Shown: piece after piece, positions 52,540-64,000 of the stretch
Numbering within the stretch: position 1 is the stretch's first letter
How the letters are laid out: each line of letters opens with the position of its first letter
Assembly: GCA_963808235.1 (NCBI GenBank)
Contig: CAWEEQ010000004.1
Span: forward strand, 2,944,001-3,008,000
Direction: 5' to 3'
DNA: 64,000 nucleotides
Source of the DNA: an uncultured delta proteobacterium
GTDB taxonomy: Bacteria > Desulfobacterota > Binatia > Binatales > Binataceae
Translations under genes and position numbers: made by a program
Notes under the pieces: generated by a model
Databases searched by the model: none
Told to the model about the DNA's origin: nothing
Seen by the model: the letters and a program-made list of their open reading frames with translations, nothing else

Positions 52540-53757
52540 CTAGTCGCCGGTCGGCGGTTCGCCGGCGCCGAGACCCTCTGCTACGTACGCGGCGTCGGCC
52601 GCTGCGAGTGCGCGACCGCGAGCAATCTCGAAGCCCATCGAGCTTAAGATTTCTTCGAGTGCGTTCAGAACCAGCATCACGTTTTCACTGTGCGAGCCTT
52701 CACCCATCAGTCCGATCCGCCAAATTTTGCCCTTCAGTGGCCCGAGCCCGGCAGCGATCTCGATATTGAACAGCCTGAGCAACTCCGCGCGGACCTTCGC
52801 CTCGTCGATTCCTTCCGGCACCGCGATCGTCGTGAGTTGCGGCAACCTGTAGCCCTCCTGCGCTGCGAGTTGCAGGCCCATCGCGCGCATTCCGGCTTGC
52901 AGAGCCGCCGCGTTGGCGCGATGCCGTGCCCAGCGTGTCTCCAATCCTTCTTCGACGACGATCCTGAGCGCCTCATAGAGCGCATAGTTCATCGTGATCG
53001 GAGCGGTGTGATGGTACAGGCGGTCCGGTCCCCAGTACTGCTCGATGAGTGCGACGTCGAAATACCACGATCGGCATTTGGTCTTGCGCTTTCGAATCGA
53101 ATCCATCGCGGATGCGCTAAACGTCACCGGTGACAGTCCCGGCGGCGCGCCGATTCCCTTTTGCGTGCAGCTGTAGCACGCGTCGATTTTCCATTTGTCG
53201 ATCTCGACCGGCACGCAACCGAGCGAGGTTACCGCGTCAATCGCCATCATCGCACCGTGGCGATGCGCCAACTCGGATATTTCCTCGATTGGCTGATGTA
53301 TCCCGGTCGACGTCTCCGCGTGAACAATCGCGACCAGCTTCGGTTTCTTCGCCGCCTTGAGCGCCGCCGCGATCTGCGACGGTTCGATGATCTGTCCCCA
53401 TTGCGCTTCGACCTTGTGAACCTTGGCGCCCTGGCGTTCGGCGACTTCCGCCAGACGCGTTCCGAACGCGCCGTTAACGCCAACCACCACTTCGTCGCCT
53501 GCTTCGATCAGGTTCGCCATCACGGTTTCCATACCCGCGGATCCAGTGCCGGAAACCGGAAAAGTGATTTCGTTTTGAGTGCGAAAAACGACGCGAAGCA
53601 ATCGCTTGATACCGTCCATCACTTTCATGAAGTCGGGATCGAGGTGGCCGACCACGGGCGACGCCATCGCTTTCATCACGCGCGGATGGACGTTTGAAGG
53701 GCCGGGGCCGAGCAGAATGCGTGCCGCGGGTCTGAGTTCCGGAAATGTATCCGCCAA
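52540..53757 (-). CDS. alanine/serine--glyoxylate aminotransferase (class V)
   Basis: LLGPGPS, HAETSTG, DAVTSLG, TQKGIGAPPG, WRIGLMG. Confidence 0.93.
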   Translation of the reverse strand: MADTFPELRPAARILLGPGPSNVHPRVMKAMASPVVGHLDPDFMKVMDGIKRLLRVVFRTQNEITFPVSGTGSAGMETVMANLIEAGDEVVVGVNGAFGTRLAEVAERQGAKVHKVEAQWGQIIEPSQIAAALKAAKKPKLVAIVHAETSTGIHQPIEEISELAHRHGAMMAIDAVTSLGCVPVEIDKWKIDACYSCTQKGIGAPPGLSPVTFSASAMDSIRKRKTKCRSWYFDVALIEQYWGPDRLYHHTAPITMNYALYEALRIVVEEGLETRWARHRANAAALQAGMRAMGLQLAAQEGYRLPQLTTIAVPEGIDEAKVRAELLRLFNIEIAAGLGPLKGKIWRIGLMGEGSHSENVMLVLNALEEILSSMGFEIARGRALAAADAAYVAEGLGAGEPPTGD

Positions 53758-53885
53758 ATTTATTCCCCTACGATTAGTGTTATCGACGAACCTTGGCATT
53801 ATGACGGGATCGATCGCAAAAGCATAAAGCGCGCGCCCTGGCCCTGATGATGGTAGAGTTCTGCATGCGTGGACGCTCGGTCACG

Positions 53886-55319
53886 ATGAACGCAATCGAC
53901 GGAAATCTACTTGGCGAACTTCGCACGATTCTCGGCAGCGACGGAATCGTTTCGCATGCAACCGAACTGAAGGTGTACGAGTGCGACGGATGGACCGTCG
54001 AGAAAAGCATCCCCGACGTGCTGCTTCTGCCGCGCTCGACGACGCAGGTGAGCGCGGTGCTCGCGGCGCTGCATCGGCGCGGCGTCGCATTCGTTCCGCG
54101 CGGCGCGGGCACCGGGCTTTCAGGTGGATGTCTGCCGTTGAATGCGCCCGCAATGATCTGCACATCAAAAATGAATCGGATTCTGGAAATCGACTGCGAT
54201 AACCGGCGCGTCGAAGTTGAGAGCGGCGTTGTTAATCTGCATGTGACCAACGCGGTCAAAGCGAATGGCTTTTTCTACGCACCCGATCCATCGTCACAGG
54301 TGGCCTGCACCATCGGCGGAAACATTGCGGAGAATTCCGGCGGTCCGCATACGCTCAAGTACGGCGTCACGACCAATCATGTGCTGGCGCTCGAAGTCGT
54401 TCTGCCAGACGGCAAAGTTGTCGAGCTCGGAGGATCGGCAGAGGAGCGATGCGGTTACGATCTGGTCGGTGCGGTCGTCGGCGCGGAGGGCACCACTGGA
54501 ATTGTCACGCACGCAACTCTGAAGCTCATGCGCGAGCCGGAGAATCATCGCACGCTGCTCGCTTCATTTCCCGATGTGGACAGCGCGACGCGCACGGTGT
54601 CGACAATAATCGCGTCGGGCATCGTGCCGGCCGCGGTCGAAATGATGGATCAACTGATCATCCGCGCGGTCGAAGAGGCATTTCATGTCGGTCTGCCGGC
54701 TGACGCTGGCGCGGTGCTGATCATCGAACTCGATGGACTCGAAGCCGGGCTCACCGCATCCGCTGACGCAGTTGCGAACATGGCGACGGCGAGCGGGGCG
54801 ATGTCGGTCAAGCTCGCACGCGATGAGTCGGAACGTGCGGCGCTGTGGAAGGCGCGCAAACGCGCGTTCGGGGCGGTTGGTCGCCTCGCGCCAAATTATG
54901 CGACCCAGGACGGCGTCGTGCCGCGCACCTGCCTGCCACAAATCCTGCGCGTGATTAGCGATGTGAGCCGCCGCTACGATTTGCGCATCGGCAACGTCTT
55001 TCATGCCGGCGACGGGAACCTGCATCCGATCATCCTTTACGACGAGCGCGAACCGGGCCAGGTCCGCCGCGCGATCGATGCTGGACGCGAGATCCTCAAG
55101 GCCTGCATCGAGATGGGCGGCAGCCTTACTGGCGAGCATGGAATCGGCGTCGAAAAACTTGGCGAGATGCCGCTGATGTTTTCGCCCGACGACATTCGCG
55201 TGATGACTGAGTTGCGTCACGTCTTCGATCCGATGGATCACTCGAATCCCGGCAAGGTCATTCCCACGCCCGGCGCCTGCGTTGAGGTCGCGTCGCCGCG
55301 ACGCCAGGTCCCGATCTAG
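53886..55319 (+). CDS. glcD: glycolate oxidase subunit GlcD
   Basis: PRGAGTGLSGG, YAPDPSS, HAGDGNLHP, GEHGIGVEK. Confidence 0.9.
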   Translation: MNAIDGNLLGELRTILGSDGIVSHATELKVYECDGWTVEKSIPDVLLLPRSTTQVSAVLAALHRRGVAFVPRGAGTGLSGGCLPLNAPAMICTSKMNRILEIDCDNRRVEVESGVVNLHVTNAVKANGFFYAPDPSSQVACTIGGNIAENSGGPHTLKYGVTTNHVLALEVVLPDGKVVELGGSAEERCGYDLVGAVVGAEGTTGIVTHATLKLMREPENHRTLLASFPDVDSATRTVSTIIASGIVPAAVEMMDQLIIRAVEEAFHVGLPADAGAVLIIELDGLEAGLTASADAVANMATASGAMSVKLARDESERAALWKARKRAFGAVGRLAPNYATQDGVVPRTCLPQILRVISDVSRRYDLRIGNVFHAGDGNLHPIILYDEREPGQVRRAIDAGREILKACIEMGGSLTGEHGIGVEKLGEMPLMFSPDDIRVMTELRHVFDPMDHSNPGKVIPTPGACVEVASPRRQVPI

Positions 55320-55340
55320 GCGGCCCGGTTCGCGATTATC

Positions 55341-56605
55341 GTGGCCGTCACTTCGACTTCAGAACTGGCAAACCGGCTCACAGAGCTGGTCGACGCCGAT
55401 CACGTTCGCGAGCCGATCGACGCCGAGCGAGCCGCCGCAAATGTGATCATCGAGCCAACCAGCGTCGAAGAAATTTGCGAAGTTGTTCGGATGTGCGAGA
55501 TCGATCGGATCACGCTCGCCGCGCTGGGAAGTGCACGCACGCTATCGCAAATTCGGCCGTCACCTGTCTCGCTCGGCGTATCGCTCAAACGCATCGCACG
55601 AATCGTGGCGCACGAGCCCGACGACATGACGGTTGTCGCCGAAGCGGGACTCACGGTTGGCGAACTGAACAATGCGGTGGCGCCGGCAGGCCAACGGCTT
55701 CCCGTCGATCCGGGCGATCCCGGCCTGACCACGCTCGGATCGTTGATTGGCGCATCGCATTCCGGACCGCTTCGCCTTTCGGAAGGGACCTCGCGCGACT
55801 TGCTGATCGGAATTCGATTCGTCGGTCATGGCGGCAGGCAAATTCACGGCGGCGGACGAGTAGTCAAAAATGTCGCGGGTTATGATTTGATGAAAGTGAT
55901 GGGCGGATCATTCGGAACACTCGGCATCATAACCGAGGCGACGTTTAAAGTGCGCCCGATACCGGCGCGGTACAGTCTCGCGATCATGTCGTACCAGCAC
56001 GCCTCCGACGCGTTCGCGGCCGCGCACATACTCAACGATGCTCTCCCGCTAAGTCATCTTGAGATCCTGAGTTCAGCTCTAGCGGAGCGATTCGAGGCGC
56101 CCGGCGAATTTCTTCTGCTCGCCGGATTGTCGGGAAGTTCGCTTGAGATCACTTACCAGGCCGGAAGAGTCCGAGAACTGGCGGACGTGGGCGCCGAGAT
56201 TCTTGAGGATGAGGATGCGCTCGGAAAATATCGGCTGTTGCGCGATATCGATTTTCATTCGCGTCCGCTCTCTGCACAGATTGCCGTCGCGCCTGCGCTT
56301 CTCGCTTCAACACTCGACGAGTGTGGATGCGAATTTCGCGCGCATGCCGGTTCCGGAGTCGCGCAATTGTTCCTTGTTGATGAGTGTTCAGCGCAATCGC
56401 GCTCGATACGGTCGCGCGATGGCGCGAAGCTGCGCACTCGGCGCGCGGTAATCTGCGCGTCATAGCCGGTTCCGGAGCCATTCGCGGGGAGCTACGGTTT
56501 TTCGACACGCCGAACGATGGAGCTCTAGCGTTGATGCGTGGCCTCAAGACTGCATTCGATCCTGCCGGGATCTTCAACCCCGGATGCTTCGTCGGCGGAA
56601 TCTGA
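55341..56605 (+). CDS. glcE: glycolate oxidase subunit GlcE (frameshift near 56390)
   Basis: GGRVVKNVAGYDLMK, GSFGTLG; C-terminal LKTAFDPAGIFNPG is in another frame. Confidence 0.85.
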
Positions 56606-57898
56606 TGGCAGACGTCGCCATATCATCGGTGCCGCTTCGCGACGTTTGCGATTACGAGTTGCTGTTCGACTGCGTTCATTGCGGACTTTGCGCCGAGGCC
56701 TGTCCAACTTACATCGCGACTCGATGCGAGATGGACTCTCCGCGCGGGCGAATCTACCTGATGAAGTCGCTAGCCGAAGGCGCGATCAAACTCGACGACG
56801 AAGCGGTCCGCCATCTCGATTTGTGTCTCGGATGTCGCGGATGCGAGACCGCATGTCCGTCGGGAGTTCATTACGGACGCCTGATCGAAGGCACGCGCGC
56901 ATTCGTCGAGCGAAACCATCGCCGCGGATTGGCCGAACGAATCAAGCGCAGCGTTATCGGCGCCATTTTTCCATATCCGCGCCGACTCCGAATGTTGCTC
57001 GCACCGCTAGCGTTCGCAGAACGCGCAGGGTTCCGACCGGCTCTCAGAGCCAGCCTGCCCGGCGCGATGCGCGACTGGTTGGACTTGCTCCCATCGCTCG
57101 GACCCGATACTCGACCGCTCGCGCCCAAACCTGTCGCCGCGCCGCGCGCCGGCGCGCAGTCGGTCGTAGTACATCGCGGATGCGTCGCGCAGGTGCTCGC
57201 AAATTCGGAGAACGTGAATAGCGAACGTCTGCTCGCAGCCGCCGGCTATCGAGTGGTTCAACTCGAACCAACCGCGTGTTGCGGAGCACTCGATCTGCAT
57301 TCCGGAAACGCCTCGCGAGCGCACGAATTTGCACGCGCGAACGTTCGAGCACTAAAGAATTCCGGCGCCGACGCAATCCTATCGGCGGCTTCGGGATGTT
57401 CGACCGCGATCTCCGAGTATGGCGAGTTGCTCAAGGACGATCCCGAGTTCGCCGAGGACGCGCGTATCGTCTCCGCCAAAGTGCGAGAACTAAGTTCGTT
57501 GCTGCTTGCGTCGCCGGTCGCCTCCTAGGTGGCGCGAGCTGCGATGCACCGTGACTTATCACGACGCGTGTCATCTTGTGCATGGACTCGGAATCCGCGA
57601 GGCGCCGAGAAAATTGCTCGCGTCGATCCCAGGCGTAACGATCTTCGAGATGACAGAATCCGATCTCTGTTGCGGCTCTGCGGGATCATACAACCTGACC
57701 GAGCCAAAGATGGCGCGGGATTTGGCGCGCCGCAAAACCGACAACATTCTGAATACCGGCGCGGATTACGTCGTGCTCGCAAATCCCGGATGCGAGTTTC
57801 AGATCGCGGCGGAATTGCGCCGGCGTGGCTCGAAGACGAGGGTCGTGCATCTCGCGGATTTTCTTGCGATGGCGTCGCGTGGTGATTCGATTCGATGA
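56605..57898 (+). CDS. glcF: glycolate oxidase iron-sulfur subunit GlcF (frameshift near 57520)
   Basis: CVHCGLC..CP, CLGCRGCETACP and CCG domains; YHDACHL, CCGSAG, NPGC in the second frame. Confidence 0.88.
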
Positions 57899-57904
57899 GC
57901 ATTC

Positions 57905-58501
57905 ATGCCGCACGAAATCAAGCTCTACTTCGCGTACACCAGTCCCTACTCGTACCTGGCGATGCAACCCGCTTATGATCTCGAGCGTTCGCATCGCGTG
58001 CGGATACGATTCATCCCCTACGGAATAAACATCCGCAACGTCTATGGTCCGCTCGACAGTGCTGACGCGGATCGGCGCAAGGTCCGCTACCTGTATATAG
58101 ACGCGCGTCGGATCGCGAAGGACCGAGGGCTCATCATCTACCCGCCGAAAAAGATTTTCAGCGCGCGGCTGGCGTTCTACGGCGGCCTTTACGCCGAACG
58201 ACATGGACAGTTCCGCGCTTACTCAGATCGCGTGTTCGAGCGCTTTTGGAAACAAGAGCTCGATGTTGAAAATCGCGATTCGATTTCGGCGATCATAGCC
58301 GAGGTCGGCCTCGACGCGGCGGGATTTCTCGACTATGCCGATCGCGATGCACGGGCGGACCTGGACGCGTGCTTCGCCGAGGCCGATCGCGACAAGGTTT
58401 TCGGAGTGCCCACATTCATCGTAGACGGTGAGCCGTTCTGGGGCGAAGATCGAATCGATTGGGTGATTCGAAAGCTCGACGCAATGGGACTGCGCCGCTG
58501 A
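57905..58501 (+). CDS. DsbA-like/2-hydroxychromene-2-carboxylate isomerase family protein
   Basis: [26 protein letters not shown]. Confidence 0.88.
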   Translation: MPHEIKLYFAYTSPYSYLAMQPAYDLERSHRVRIRFIPYGINIRNVYGPLDSADADRRKVRYLYIDARRIAKDRGLIIYPPKKIFSARLAFYGGLYAERHGQFRAYSDRVFERFWKQELDVENRDSISAIIAEVGLDAAGFLDYADRDARADLDACFAEADRDKVFGVPTFIVDGEPFWGEDRIDWVIRKLDAMGLRR

Positions 58502-58526
58502 ACTTTTCAACCGACGCTAATAAATC

Positions 58527-59972
58527 TCAGAGATCGGGACTGGTCGGCAGAAAGGTCTCGCCCATCAGGAAAGCATCGACGGCGCGCGCCGCCTCGCGCC
58601 CTTCCCATATCGCCCAGACGACCAGCGACTGTCCGCGGCGAGTATCGCCGGCGGCGAACACACCGGGCACGCTCGACATGTAGTTTCCGCACAGCACATT
58701 GCTGCGCGGATCGAGCTTGAGGCCGAGTTCCGAGACGATGCCCTCGGGCTCGGGGCCGAGAAATCCGAGCGCGAGCAGCACGAGGTCGCACTCGATCTCG
58801 AAGTCGCTGGCGGGAATTTGCTCCATCACCATGCGGCCGTTATCGTGCTTCCAGTTGAGGCGCACGCCGTGGAGTTTTTTCACGAAACCGTTTTCGCCGG
58901 AGAACTTGCTGGTGTTGATGCTCCAGTCGCGCTGGACACCCTCTTCATGTGAGCTCGAGGTGCGCATGATCATAGGCCAGTCGGGCCATGGCATCTCGGC
59001 GGTACGCTTCTCCGGCGGCATCGGGAGCAACTCGAACTGATGAACGACTTTGGCACCTTGGCGATTTGAAGTGCCGAGGCAATCGGAGCCGGTGTCGCCG
59101 CCGCCGAGAATTACAACCCGCTTTCCGTTCGCGGTGATCTCGGACGCGGGATCCAGCGCGTCGCCGAAGTTGCGCTTGTTCTGCTGCGGCAGGAATTCCA
59201 TCGCGTAGTGGATCCCCTTGAGCTCACGTCCGGGAATCGGCAGGTCGCGCGGTTTGGTCGCGCCCATCGTGAGCACGATCGCGTCGTATTTCGAGCGCAT
59301 CTCGTCGGCGTGGAGGTCGAACCCCACGCGGCAGTTGGTAACGATCTCGACGCCCTCGGCCTTCATCTGTTCGACGCGGCGATTTACGAGCCATTTCTCG
59401 AGCTTGAAATCCGGAATTCCATAGGTGAGCAGTCCCCCGACTCGATCTGACCGCTCGTAGAGAGTGACCGCATGTCCCGCGCGGGCGAGTTGCTGTGCGC
59501 ACGCCAGGCCGGCGGGACCCGATCCGACTACTGCGACCCGTTTGTTCGATTTGCGGGCCGGTATTTGCGGCGCGATCCATCCTTCGGTCCATGCATGATC
59601 GATGATGTTCTTTTCGATGAGCTTAATAGTCACCGGATCGTTGTTGATATTCAGGACGCAAGCTTCTTCGCAGGGTGCCGGGCAAATTCGGCCGGTAAAT
59701 TCGGGAAAATTGTTGGTCGAGTGAAGGCGGTCGATGGCCTCGCGCCATCTTCCGCGGTAAATCAGATCGTTCCAATCGGGTATGATATTTCCGAGCGGAC
59801 AACCCTTGTGGCAGAAGGGAATTCCGCAGTCCATACATCGCGCACCCTGAGCGCGCAGTTTCTCTTCGGGCATCTTGAGATCGAATTCGCGCCAGTCCTT
59901 GAGGCGTTCCCCGACGGGACGCCGCGAGGGAGTCTCGCGCTGAATCTCCATGAAGCCCGTAATCTTGCCCAT
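58527..59972 (-). CDS. gltD: glutamate synthase small subunit
   Basis: [44 protein letters not shown]. Confidence 0.97.
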   Translation of the reverse strand: MGKITGFMEIQRETPSRRPVGERLKDWREFDLKMPEEKLRAQGARCMDCGIPFCHKGCPLGNIIPDWNDLIYRGRWREAIDRLHSTNNFPEFTGRICPAPCEEACVLNINNDPVTIKLIEKNIIDHAWTEGWIAPQIPARKSNKRVAVVGSGPAGLACAQQLARAGHAVTLYERSDRVGGLLTYGIPDFKLEKWLVNRRVEQMKAEGVEIVTNCRVGFDLHADEMRSKYDAIVLTMGATKPRDLPIPGRELKGIHYAMEFLPQQNKRNFGDALDPASEITANGKRVVILGGGDTGSDCLGTSNRQGAKVVHQFELLPMPPEKRTAEMPWPDWPMIMRTSSSHEEGVQRDWSINTSKFSGENGFVKKLHGVRLNWKHDNGRMVMEQIPASDFEIECDLVLLALGFLGPEPEGIVSELGLKLDPRSNVLCGNYMSSVPGVFAAGDTRRGQSLVVWAIWEGREAARAVDAFLMGETFLPTSPDL

Positions 59973-60044
59973 CGAAACCGCGATCTCCAGTCAGCTCTGG
60001 CTAGTAAGTCTATTAGTCAGTCGATTACTCATTGCGCATCTTGA

Positions 60045-64000
<3,956 letters not shown>

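Overview
GC-rich bacterial chromosomal window made up mostly of housekeeping genes. Gene order and protein style suggest a deltaproteobacteria-like lineage, possibly Candidatus Binatota (inference only). In order it holds: the 3' end of an RluA/RluD pseudouridine synthase; rho; a ~6 kb accessory patch (hydrolase-regulator fusion, cupredoxin, di-heme cytochrome c peroxidase-like protein, small proteins, IS1-like remnant); rpsB-tsf-pyrH-frr-uppS-cdsA-rseP-tsaB; ilvN-ilvC-[BrnTA]-psd-pssA-leuA-leuB-usg-truA; HU; rarA; a type II pantothenate kinase with two class III CoA-transferases; lolC/E; SCP2, a BON-domain protein, LLM oxidoreductase, dodecin, selA and MFS; a galactose cluster; a degenerate ribBA; dsbD; a heme-oxygenase-like diiron protein; gyrB-gyrA; GST; an aminotransferase; glcDEF; and gltBD. 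The most interesting signal is three dispersed copies of a small-protein family with conserved ends ('RHxxALAxVGWYL ... CE ... C..DDxxL') and an unalignable middle. Two of the copies lie next to IS1-like end motifs or a transposase remnant. Other highlights: a leucine attenuator upstream of leuA, a eukaryote-type galactokinase, a ~70 bp duplicated gene junction, and DnaA-box-like sites upstream of gyrB. About nine single-base frameshifts in conserved genes point to sequencing or assembly indel errors. No tRNA, rRNA or CRISPR array was recognised.
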